From: Antedon mediterranea
Taxonomy: Eukaryota > Animalia > Echinodermata
Assembly: GCF_964355755.1 (NCBI RefSeq)
Contig: NC_092670.1
Location: forward strand, 15,982,795 to 16,046,794
DNA: 64,000 bases
Reading direction: 5' to 3'
Positions 13,901 to 25,400 of the stretch are shown here, piece by piece (the first letter of the stretch is position 1; each line of letters opens with the position of its first letter). Under the pieces are notes generated by a model, which saw nothing but the letters and a program-made list of their open reading frames with translations, had not been told where the DNA came from and did not search any database. The position numbers were made by a program, and so were the translations under genes.

Positions 13901-14028
13901 AGTTTACTATCCCCGCTTCCTAGGCCACTTACATCTACTGGAATCGATCTTCCTGTCGTGGAAAAGCCTTGATCCTCGTCCTGGTCCCAGCTGTCCAAAA
14001 CAGCTGTTTGCTCTCTTTGATTCTCCAT
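4979..14028 (-). CDS. GSPT1: Eukaryotic peptide chain release factor GTP-binding subunit eRF3 (about 569 aa, 15 exons)
   Basis: Exons 14028-13749, 11262-11200, 10765-10637, 10075-10042, 9871-9794, 9659-9479, 9349-9195, 9080-8940, 8597-8504, 8241-8161, 8030-7929, 7658-7587, 7432-7343, 5667-5502, 5022-4979, all GT-AG and in frame. Motifs: overlapping PAM2 [54 protein letters not shown]. Confidence 0.97.
6115..7272 (+). mobile_element. tRNA-headed SINE interrupted by a mariner-type MITE
   Basis: A box GGTGGTTAGAGC, B box GGTTCAAGCCC, body GTCCTTGAGCAAGA..CACCCAGGTG..AAATGGGTACC. The (CTTTAC)n-like tail resumes at about 7246-7272, after the insertion. Confidence 0.65.
6396..7243. mobile_element. 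Tc1/mariner (pogo/Tigger-like) non-autonomous element
   Basis: Perfect TIR CCGTATATTTCGGTGTATAAGTCGCAC / GTGCGACTTATACACCGAAATATACGG, TA target duplication, internal repeats GGTGCGTCTTATACA. Confidence 0.85.
10905..11180. repeat. 24-bp minisatellite (GATAAGATGAGGATTAAAAGAGGA)n in GSPT1 intron 2
   Basis: About 11 visible units. It produces the spurious ORFs 10923-11153 and 10844-11320. Confidence 0.9.
11332..11660. mobile_element. Palindromic MITE with about 55-bp TIRs
   Basis: ATGCACTTGTCAATTGTATGACCCACTATACGACCCCCGGGAGA.GTGCGTCATTT is mirrored at the right end; internal TGACGCAC repeats. Confidence 0.85.
11959..13391. mobile_element. Non-autonomous DNA transposon with CAG..CTG ends and 7-bp TSD (P- or hAT-like), nested in a small AGGACGAG..CTCGTCCT palindromic element (11889-13449)
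   Basis: TGTTATA|CAGGGGTCCCAAGT ... AGTTGGGACGTCTG|TGTTATA, with subterminal CTACCGC repeats at the left end. Confidence 0.65.
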
Positions 14029-15270
14029 CTTTGTGCTTGATACAAGCACTTTCTAGTGTTAGTCGAATGTACTAAAAAACTGTTTATTCAATCGTTTTAT
14101 AGAAATACAAAAAAATAAGGCGATAAAATTACATCTACGATTGCCAACCCAATATTTCACAATCTTTATGCCACCATCATGAACCTCGTGTGTGCCGGTT
14201 GAGCGCCACCATATATAGAATGACGTCATATCCGTTAATATTATCCTATCTCCTCCGATCCCCCGCCCTGGCGTATCGTGTAACATTGAAAAAAATCGTT
14301 TTATTCTTTACTTCATTTTAATATCAATTTTACTTTGTTTCCTTGTATTCATTCACTTTGAATCGTGTACAGTCTCTTGTATTGTACAGTACCCTCAGAA
14401 AAAAAGCTTAAGGTTTAAAAATCGTAAATCAGGATTATTTAACATTCGGTACATAAAAATACCAATTTGGTCAATGAATCATAAATTTGTAATAGGCCTA
14501 TATGTGAAAGAGAGGACTTATTGCACGTTATCAGACCAAGCTAACTCTAGTTTATCAGTGTAAAAAGTATATGAATTAAACCAAATAATGTTAGCAATAG
14601 CTGAGGTTCAGGACAAGACACTTTTAGGCGGATCTAAGCGGATCAACAAACTTTTTTTTTTTTTTTTTTTTCCTGGTGGCTAATTGCTGTTGTTAAAAAC
14701 CAGTTTTTATGTGGATTTTTTATTTGTTTATTATAAATAGTGAACATGATAGGGAAAAAAGCGGGTGACACTGCCTGTCTGCCCCTTTCTTAAATTTAAT
14801 TTTTTTTTAAACGTATAAATGCAAAAAATAGAAATTCGACAATGAATGTTATATGAATACAGTTTGTGTATCTCTCTGGTTGAATATACTAGCAATAGTA
14901 TAGTATTAGTAGGCCAGGTCATAATTTATTGTTCAATAATTTTTCAAAAATGCAGAATTGATAAATAAATAAGTTTTTAATATAAGGCCGTATGCCTTTA
15001 AGTTCCTTTTCTTAATCCCATTTTTTATTTGTGTATTATTTAATCATTCACTGACAGTGGCACCGTCGTTGTTTTTTGTAGACTAGCAAAACAATGTGTT
15101 TAGATTCACTGATTCAAAAGTAATGCTACTACTACAGTATGTTATTTTAATGAGACAGAGTTGCGGAATTTTTACCCTTGGGCGTTGTTTTACAGCTAAA
15201 AAAGTTTTTACTGTATTTTATACAATTATTCGTCAACGTTGAGGGGGCCATCCATGAACAAGAAAACATA

Positions 15271-17873
15271 ATGGCTACGTCAAAACATGTGGAAATCGCT
15301 GAGTTTAGAAAAAGTCAATTAAATCCTGTTAAGGTTTGTTGTTAAGAAAAACAATGAATTAATTTTCAAAATAAACAAAAAGCTTATTGTTTTTTGTATT
15401 ACTTTTTAAATAAAAAGTAGGGGTAAATAGTAAGGTTAGGCCTAGCTAGGCTAGGCCTACACTTACTGCTCACACTCCACAGAAATGGTGCTTGTCACTG
15501 TGGTAATCATGTGAGACACGTGCGTGTGGGGTGTGCATCGTATCGGCCTAAAAGCAGCCGAGCAAATAATAATGAACACGTTTTTTTGTAGGTAAAACAG
15601 GCAGTGTTGGCTTTGTTTACCCAGCATAAAGTGAAGAAACAATCAAATCCTAGTTTATTTGAAGATGTACATAATCTAAAAATTCAAATTACAACTTGGA
15701 AAGTATCTGGAGCGAAAAAGAAATTAATGAAAATGTAAATTTTTTTCTATTACAATAAATAATAATACATACTAAAAATGTATGTCTTAAACTTTTGATT
15801 AATTTTTAGATTTAAATATACAGTATTTGTGTACATACAGTATAGTTGGGCTTAAATTTAATTTGGTATTAGTAATTATTTAAAATTATTATTGGTTATA
15901 AATAAATACTATTTATAATTGATATTAATAAATATTATACACTTACACTTAATGTTTGATGGAAATAGTTTAGGCTAGTGCCTATTAGATTCCATTTCTA
16001 GCCGAAAATAGTCGTCAAGTCTAGACTTAAAGATGTTCACTGAAGAGTGTATAGGACTATATAGATTTCTGTAGAAAGTAAAAGCAAATAATTAGCTAAT
16101 TTTAAATGTTTGAGAAGAAATTTATATTAATTTATATTTTAATATATATTTAATAGCAATTTGCCTCATTCTGTGCATGGTGATGACGAAATTGATATCT
16201 GCTTAATATCAAGAGATGAACCAGACAAAGATAGTGAATCTACCATAGAACATTTTCAAGATTTATTACAAGAGAAAGATGTCTGTAATGTTAAAGAGGT
16301 TGATATTATAGTTTTTGTTTTTTTTTCTTTATTCAAATCATTGTTTACACTTACAGGGATTTAACTAGAGTCTTAATGCATGTGTGTGTTAACAAATTTG
16401 GTGGGTGGGGAAAGAACAAAATGTCCAGCACTTTCAGGTACCAAGAGGTTTCTTAGGAGAGTGCGATACTGAAATAATGATGGGTTAAATGAGTGTTCCC
16501 GTCCACCTCTGCCCACTTTTTATGTTTAGCATCATCTAAACCATTTTATTAATTATGAATTCCACTATCATGTACAGTACATATACAGAGTTTGTTCAAC
16601 AAATCTATTTGAATAAAACAAAATGTAAATTTACATTATTTACAGATAATCCCATTAAAAGATCTAATTGCTGAGTACAAGTCGTTTGAATCTAGAAGAA
16701 GGCTAGCAAGGAAATATGATGTGTTCTTGGCAGATAGAAGAATTTTCCACCGAATTTCTCCTCACATGGGCAAGGAGTTCTACAAGAGAAACAAGTTGGT
16801 TTTAGTTATCTATATAATAGGTTTTTTAATTAGGATATAATGTAAACATTACATTAATACTGTGTATTAAGTAAAATGGATGTCTTTTTTCTCTTGCTGG
16901 CAAACAAATGTCTGAATCAAAATACACATACACACACTTGTGTCAGATAGAAAGCAAATACTGTACATTTTTTGTAACTTTTTTTTAATTTCAGATATCC
17001 AATCAGAGTGGATATGTCAAAATCGGATTTGAAAAAAGAATTTGATGATGTGATCCATTCAGGGCATTTGAATTTTTCAGGAAAAGGATGCAGCAAGTAA
17101 GATCACAAACATTAATTTGATTAAGTTAGTAGGGATGCATTTAAAATAAATATATCTACGGCGAGTAAGAGAATTAGATCGACTGGTCACAGTGCTTAAT
17201 ACTATCGGTAGAGCTATATATACTTCATGGTACTTTAGTACACGACAAATTTGTGTTGTATAGACACATACAGTACATCAAGGTCAAATATACTGTTTTA
17301 TACTTAGCCACATCATTTTACATGCTATGTGGGTTTTTACCAATCAGTACTATATGCAACCTTTTTTTCGTAGCTCTATGAATGTTGCCACAACCGAGCA
17401 GAGTGTTGAAGACGCTGTAGAGAATGTAATAGCAGCTGTCCAAGGCATAGCCCTCAAGATTCCAAGTGGATGGAACAATATCAAAGGCCTGCATCTCAGG
17501 GTAGAGAACTCTACAACACTTCCTATACATGAGTCCCTTGTTTTTGAAGATTGGTGGGCTGAGAACAAAATATTTAAGGAAGACATCCATAGAAGTATGT
17601 ATCATTTTTGTTTTCTTTCATAAAATGATATATGAATGATAATTTTGTACAGAAAACTGTGTTACTAAACCCATTTAATTATCATTCCACTTTGTGCATA
17701 TTTAATAAAGTAATATGTTTTATATTTAACTGTTTATATTGTATAACATGTTTATTACTCTTTTAGTGAAAAGACAATTGAAAATGGAAAAAGTTAATGA
17801 TGAAGAATCTGAAGACGAAGAAGTAGTATCGAAAAAGAAACCAAAAAAGAAACTAAAAACAAATAAGAAATAA
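15271..17873 (+). CDS. RSL1D1: Ribosomal L1 domain-containing protein 1 (about 308 aa, 7 exons)
   Basis: Exons 15271-15333, 15592-15734, 16157-16298, 16646-16794, 16995-17096, 17374-17594, 17767-17873, in frame. Motifs LPHS..EIDICLISRD, EYKSFESRRRLARKYDVFLADRRI, GKEFYKRNKYPI, GWNNIKGLHLR, and a Lys/Glu-rich tail. Confidence 0.92.
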
Positions 17874-18416
17874 ATAAGTGCAGTGGGCTGTATGCAACAG
17901 ATAAATCATAACACAATGCTCACACTAGGCTGGCAATTATCTTGAATGTTAATTAAATTGTGCCTTAAACTTACCATCATTAACACTGTATTGTATGCCC
18001 TGCTCTAGACTGCTATCTGGCTTAAAGCTCTGTCTACCATATTTAAGCAATGCATATCACTACCATATTTGAAAACATCACACTTTTTTGTCAAAATAGT
18101 TTGATAGAGTGTATAAGAAAACATTTATATACACACAGCATGTAATGCCTATAATTAAGATGTAGAACAAATGCCATTTGTTGTAAAGGAATACTAACTC
18201 GGGGAAAGTCAAGCCCAAATCCGTAAAAAAAAAACCAACATGTTAAATTTTAATACAAGTTTATTGTTTCCAATTGTTTTAGTTACATAAATGCTTTGAT
18301 AAAATAATTTAACTAATACATCTGTTTAAAGTAATGTGTAACGACGACAAACGTTTAAAACCACCTGAATTTCAGGCACACAGCAAACACATCTAAGCAG
18401 TCTTTGGATTCTATCA

Positions 18417-20184
18417 CTACCAACGTGATGATGTTGCATTTGCAAAACCTGTAAACATAAACAAATCTTGTTAATCCTAGCATAATGTAAAGCTCTGTCT
18501 ACACTATGAAACTGGTTTGACAAAAAGTGTGATATGGGCACATCACATTTTTTTGTCAAATAAAGTTTCATAGTGTAGACTAGACAATATTAAATTTATG
18601 AGGAAGTAAAAAGATTGTAATGCTTCTAGAACTTAAGTTCAAAATAATGATTTATGCAACAGTATAAATGAGCATATGTACACTTACTTTTATGTGATTG
18701 GTCAGTTCCACGTTCAACATACTCTTCAACTGTGATGTTGCCTTATTGAAAAAGAAAGGAAGGCTATGTTATGTATAAAGCTCTGTCTACATTATCAAAA
18801 AAAATGTTTTTGTTTTCAAACTAGTTTGATAGTGTAGACAGAGCTTTAGACTATATACTGTACTTTTATTGAAGGATGCAGACATAAAGCGTGGTTCCCA
18901 CTAGCGACGCAACACAAGGACGTAACGCAACGCAAGTGAATTGACCAATCACAAGCGATGGCTTATTCGCTTGTGATTGCTAACTGTCTATAACTTCGCT
19001 TGTCATTGGTTAAAACGCTTGCGTTGCATTTACGTCCTTGCGTTACGTTCTAGTGGGAACCAAGCTTAATCAAAGGAACTAAAGTTAAGTATGTCAAATA
19101 ACACCAAAATACTTACATGGTTTACCACTTAAACAGTCTCTTATTTGTTTTTCTGTTTTGCGCCAAGCTGAAAGAATAAACTCATTAACTCCGTAAAGAA
19201 TAAAGATGATATCGGTATAATAAGTAACTGTTGGATCACAGGCCTGTAGCACTTTGATGTGATTGTTTAGTACTGTAAATAAACACTTTACCTTCCGACA
19301 GCATTTTAACATTTGCAAGGTGTTCTTGTGTATAACTAGCAGTAACAGATGCTTGGAAATATGGTCTAGGCGAAGCTTGTATGCTATCAACAGAATTTAA
19401 ATTTATTCATTATAGTTTAAGTATAGTATAAAATCTATTAAACTATTAAAAAATATTTTAAGCATAAAACCCAGAATATTCAAGGTACGATTGAAAGTAA
19501 TTTAAATGCATTTCTAAAAAAACATTTTGAGCAAGCACATGAATTTAAACAAAAACAAAACAATTGGTGACTCACTTCATATCTTTTTTCATTTCTCGAG
19601 AGTCTGAATTATTTTCAATTTGTTGAGAATATCCTTGTTGAAAATAAAAAAAGATTAATTAAACATTTTAATTATACAAAAAACGTAAGTGTATCGTAAG
19701 CAATACCAATTGGTTAAAACAATATTTTAGGGCCTGCTGTATCAATGACCATTTTAATTGGTCAAAAATAAATCCTACATCTACAATGCACGCAAACCTA
19801 TTTTTCGAATGGAATAACCCAAGCTGCAGCTCTAGATAGATAAATCTCTCTAGAAAAGTTAAATAAAAAAAAGAATTAACCTACGTTTTCTCTAAGTAAT
19901 TTAGACGTTAATTAATCTATGTATCTAATTAAAATATGCAGAGTGTACGCTTATTTTTAGGTCCTAGCTAAGAGGCTGTTGAGTAGAGTAGCTAGGCCCT
20001 AGGCTAGATTCAGTCTGCTAGCTAGGCCTCAGCTAGGCCTAGTAGTCTTACCTCGCGAGTCACACGAGAGAGAGAGAAGCGCATTGTTTTTTGCATGATG
20101 ATGCAAGCTGTTAAACTCACCTCCTCGTCGGCTTTGGACATTAATTTTGCAAGGACCCTTACTCAAGTTGTACATGATCGTCAT
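18417..20184 (-). CDS. MCRIP2: MAPK-regulated corepressor interacting protein (MCRIP/FAM195) homolog, about 113-116 aa, 6 coding exons
   Basis: Exons 20184 (or 20175)-20121, 19633-19576, 19383-19292, 19167-19117, 18741-18688, 18448-18417. MYNLSKGPCKINVQSRRG, SPRPYF, TQEHLANVKMLSEAWRKTEKQI and VEEYVER match MCRIP motifs (MYTITKGPSK.., HEENVRFVSEAW, YVE). The gene is largely missed by the ORF track. Confidence 0.8.
18779..18845. mobile_element. MITE family A, minimal copy (TIRs only)
   Basis: AGCTCTGTCTACATTATCAAA ... TTTGATAGTGTAGACAGAGCT. Confidence 0.75.
18888..19066. mobile_element. Palindromic PIF/Harbinger-like MITE
   Basis: TAA|AGCGTGGTTCCCACTAG ... CTAGTGGGAACCAAGCT|TAA; inverted symmetry over about 65 bp; TAA TSD. 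Confidence 0.85.
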
Positions 20185-21346
20185 TCCATTTCTGCAAAAA
20201 CTGTATCGAAAATATAAGCTATTGCAAAATTAAAACAAACTACAGTACAATAAAGCTTGAGACATGTGTAAATTTCGTTCTTATGTGGTTGAAAATAAAA
20301 CTACCCGCATGCTCGCGAATTGGCAAATTACATAATTAAAAGGTCGACGGAAACCGGATGAATTGTGATTGATGAATGAGCAATTTGCGAATTTTTACAT
20401 TGAAATTTGTAACAGAGCAAAAATGCCCGCCCTCATGCGTGAGGATGTATGTCGTATCATCTCTGCAAAATGCAAATAGAGCTAGTTTTCTATGATCTCG
20501 AGACTTTAGGAAATAGTGTTACACATAATGCTAATTCAGGAATTTCTTACACTCTGCACTTTATACTCATAACAAAAGGTTCACATTTTACAGGGTCTTA
20601 AAATAAATAAGTACTAAATATTTAATAATATGAAAATGGTCCAAAATATATTATTCCGCACCACCCAACCTCTCTCTAAAGATGGTTAATAAATAAATAA
20701 AAATAAATATTACTTATCGGCCTTTATTGCCTATTTTATGAAAGTAAAGCTGATTTTAGTTTGATCGTTTTTATTCACCGAAAAAATTTTTTACAAAATT
20801 CACTGCATGACCTGACTTGATGATAAATAATCTTTGTTTTACTATCTAACAAAAATGACTTTATAAAATTTCCGCAATAAAGAGTGGCCGGAGAATAATA
20901 AACAATTCAGATTTTTATAAAAAAAAAAAGGTTGAGTTGAGTAAGGACGTATAAAAAATGAACCAAGGTCTGTGGTATTTGAAAAAAAGAATTTCCTCTT
21001 CTTTATCCTTTGGAAAGCGGTAAATTACCAATTATGGCTATTAATTAATCTGTGCGATAGTCTATCCTTGCCAATGCTTTTGACTGACGCAAATAGTGTA
21101 TCTACTCCTAACGCATGCGGCGCCCTACTTCATGGGAATCATTACAGTTACAGAAAAAAATCGCACTGTGCTCTTTTTTCTTATATACTTTGCCGTGTGC
21201 ATTCGTTTCCTGGGAAGAATAATCACGCGTTGTGTCGTATATCAACCATTCACCCAAAACGCGTTTTGTTTATCTTGAACGCTTTCTAGTTCTTCGTTAA
21301 AAATGTACGAGATAAAGATCTAAATATAGCCAAGCTTTCTCTTGAA

Positions 21347-21417
21347 GCACTGCTGGTGTAATGGTATCATGCAAGATTCCCATTCTTGCGACCCGGGTTC
21401 GATTCCCGGGCAGTGCA
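21347..21417 (+). tRNA. tRNA-Gly(CCC)
   Basis: 71-nt cloverleaf GCACTGC..GCAAG ATTCCCATT CTTGC..CCGGG TTCGATT CCCGG..GCAGTGC-A, almost identical to the vertebrate Gly-CCC gene, followed by a long T run (Pol III terminator). Confidence 0.97.
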
Positions 21418-22455
21418 ACGTGTTTTTTTTTTTTAATTATTCCTTATCCTTATAAAAAAAACTTGCTGAACTATGATTATAGATATAACGTTTCAATCAA
21501 TCATTAAATCATGTTTATATTTCGTGCACGTGGAGAGAATATTAATATTGATAACATTAACAATAAAGTAAATACAATTATTACGCATTTTTCTCATTGT
21601 TTAAAATGTTAAGAAGCCTTCAGTTATTCACTTTAACAAATTAGATTTAATTAATTAAATAGGATTATAAGACAATACTAATCAATTCCGTACAGTTGGC
21701 CCTTGTGGCCACTAAAAGGAAACAGGCAACACCCTATCACTATAGAGTGGGTATAGCAATTATGGTGTGATGGTAATAGATAATTAAGAGGCCGAATAGA
21801 TTAGATTTAAATTAATCTAATCCTTTTATGAGGATTAGGATGCCGAGATTTCTTTTAACACTGAGGTATAAAAATTAAATAGGACTAAGATTAAGAAAAA
21901 GACTCGATGTTCGACAGTTCTTCTTACACATTTAAGATAGATGAGATGCCTAACGTTACCACGAGCTGCATGTTGCTACATTATGATCGAAAACAAAAAG
22001 AGATGGTATATTCAGTACATTAAACCGAACTGCGAGTCGTTTTTTCACGTTTTCTTTTTACTCGTGTTTCCGTTTCTAATATTTTGCTTGGGACCTTACA
22101 ATACAAGCTTCAGCCGCTTATTGGGATTTCGCCCCTTTTAAAAAATGTGTGGTATAAAAACTGTTGATTTATTACTGTGGTTGATTGATTTAGTAATTGA
22201 TTCATTAGACCTATATATATATATGTATTTATTTTATCATCTCCGTTACATATATCATGGACAAAATAAGTATTAAGTAGGCCTAGTAATGTATTACTAT
22301 TGTCCACAACATCAAAGGTAGTAGTTAAGTTCCGAAAAATGCAGTAAGTTATTACGAACAAAGAGGGCGCCGTATACAACATTTTTCGTCGGTTTCATGT
22401 TCTGAATTTTAATTACACACTTCAAACAAAAAGGCATAAAATACCCAAAATCACC

Positions 22456-25400
22456 ATGGCCGACGAAGGAAGATTGCAGAAAATGGAAGTTGATTATACA
22501 GAAACCGTCGATAAACGGTTACCAGAGTGTGAAACCCTAGCTAAGGTAAATAACTTCAAATGAAAATTAGGCTAGGCCTAGCACACCGGGCACACATGAT
22601 GTGACTCAGCAACAATGAACGAATCTTGACGTACCACCCGGCCGGTCGCCGACTCAGTAGCTATATATCCATAGGGCCTAGGCCTAGCTAAGCACAGGAG
22701 GAATGCAAGGAAGAATAATTGCATGAAGTTTATTTATACAACAAACGTCTCAATGCAATTAATAATACATTGTTTAACTTTCCTTTATATTATTAATATT
22801 ACTATTATATTAGTTTTGAGAGATATTTTTCTTTATTTTTAAGAAAGTGAAATAAATATTTGTTATTATTTGTATTTAAAATGATAAAATAAGGTTAATT
22901 TGGGCATATTTTAATGTAGTTTTAATGATTTAATTTTATAATACAGAATTTCAGGGGAAAATTTCATTTTAAATTTTGTTAAGCAATATTGCTAATCAAA
23001 CTGATTTTTAAGTCGAGAAACATAGTTTTGTATTGTATTTTTTGCTACACAATTTTAAAAATCTGTAGCAAAAAGGTTGTTTTGTATAGCTTTTTGCTAT
23101 GCTACACTGGCGAAATTATTCTCAGCAGATACAGAATTTGGATTAATTCAATTAAGTTTTCCTAAAGAAAGGGAATGCTATCTTAAAATTTAAAACAAAA
23201 ATTGCATCATATTATTATTTTAAATTGTATGTATTTAAATCTTATTATAATTAATATTATACAGGAAGGCAAACTGAGTGAGGCATTGGAAAGTTTGTTA
23301 TCACTGGAGAAACAAACCAGAACAGTAAGTTCCATGATTGTTGATAAAAAACAATGTACATATTTAACAAATACAATTAAAAAGAGCCACAATCACATTA
23401 GTCATTACTATGTGTTGCTGGATGAAATTGAAATACTAAACAGAACATTAAAATGCTGTGGGATTTCCCATAAAATTCACAGAAAAGGAGTAGATTACTG
23501 TAAAGTCCTGTACTTTAATATTTCATGTTAAATATTATTTGTTTTAGGCATCTGACATGCATTCTACATCAAGGGTTCTTGTATCTGTTGTCCAGTTATG
23601 TTTTAAACAGTCAGAATGGAGTCTATTGAATGAACACATTTTACTGCTAACAAAAAGGAGAAGTCAACTTAAACAAGTAAGTACTAAGAGTAAGACACAA
23701 TTACAGGTCCATTCATCATGTTATGATTTATATCCTTTTTGAAAATTTGACAATTTACAAAATAAACTTATTATAAAACACTTGTTACAAACAATAACTA
23801 AATTGATGTTAATTTACAAAATTCCTAGGCTGTGGTAAAAATGGTTCAAGAAGTGTGTACTTATGTTGACCAAACCCCTGACTTAGAGACAAAGCTAAAA
23901 TTGATAGATACACTCAGAACAGTAACAGCAGGCAAGGTAAGCAGAGAGTATATAGATATGACGGAGGCATATTGATTATATTAGTGCATTTGAACCAAGG
24001 CAATCTAACAACAGGATGCTGAGCTCTGGAGATCAAAGAGTTTACCCGTGGCTGCGACATGATCAGTTCCACAGTCCACCCCTTAACAGGCACCGTGTGC
24101 CACAGAAGATATGCACAGTACTGGTAGTATTTGTCTTGGCCAGACATAAGATCAAAGGACTGTTACAAGTTCCTATCTTGACAAGGCGAGCTCAGTCTTT
24201 ATTTGTCCTTGTTATTGTCCTTGTTTGAGCCTTACAATACACCAGATTTAGATTTATTGTTTTGACGTGTATGGTGCTATGTAGATGGAAGGAGGGAGAT
24301 GTGGTTAATGTTTAGATTAATTATGATTGAGTGTTATGAATTTTGTTGTTTTCTGTGTAGATTTATGTTGAGATTGAACGTGCTAGACTAACAATGAAAC
24401 TTGCTAAGATAAAAGAAGAACAACTTGGGGAAACGGCAGAAGCTGCAGAAATATTACAAGATCTACAGGTATGTATGGACATTGTCTATTTCATGGTGTT
24501 TCATGTGTCTTTATTTTTTTTGTATAGGTTTGTCACTGCTGGCTGGAATGTCCCATTGAAAGCGATTGAGTTCGCTGATGGAGTCCTCCTGGGTCTAGCA
24601 TGTGTGATGTATGTGTTATTGTGTGTATTTAAAATCCCGAATAAATTGAATTGAATCATTTGTAACAATAATAATAATATTTTTGTAGGTTGAAACATAT
24701 GGATCAATGGAACGAAAAGAAAAAGTTGAGTTTATCTTGGAGCAAATGCGACTATGTCTTGCCAAAAAGGATTATGTGAGGACGCAGATCATCAGCAAGA
24801 AAATCAGTACAAAGTTCTTTGATTCCACAGAAGATGAAATTCAGGTACTTGCCAGGGCTTTCCTCACTTGACTACTTTGCTAGTCAGATTATCTCATAAC
24901 ATTACAAACAAACACATAACATTACAAACAAACACGCATACAAAATGTAGTCTAGCATTTTATTAGAAGATGAGTACTTATGTCATCACTAGACTACTTT
25001 GACGTAAGTTTTACGATTTTATTCCCTTTGGATCATACAAAAGACAAAATTATTTGAATAGACTACTTTGCTTGTTTCCTCAACATTGTTTTTGTCCTAT
25101 TTTGTTAGCTCGTGACATTAAACAAACACACATACATAATACAGTCTAGTGCTAATTTTTCACTTAAACTAGCAGGTTCTTCTTTCTCTGAGTGATTTTT
25201 TAGTAGATTGCGATTGTTAGAGGCTGGTACTAAGTATAGTAAAATTACAATTTTATGGGTTAATTATATTTATAGATTAAAAAGCTGAAATATTACCAGT
25301 TGATGATCGAGTTGGACTTGCAAGAAGGATCTTACTTGAAAATCAGCAAACACTACAGAGCCATCTATGACACTCCTAACATAAAAGAAGATAAACCTAA

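Noticed and set aside
17960-17975. TGCCTTAAACTTA resembles the 5' end of U12 snRNA
   Set aside because: The match ends after 13 nt, with no branch-point-binding region or Sm site following
24530-24605. SECIS-like hairpin with AA bulge and apical mini-stem
   Set aside because: No AUGA/GA quartet, helix II too short, intronic, and PSMD12 has no in-frame UGA
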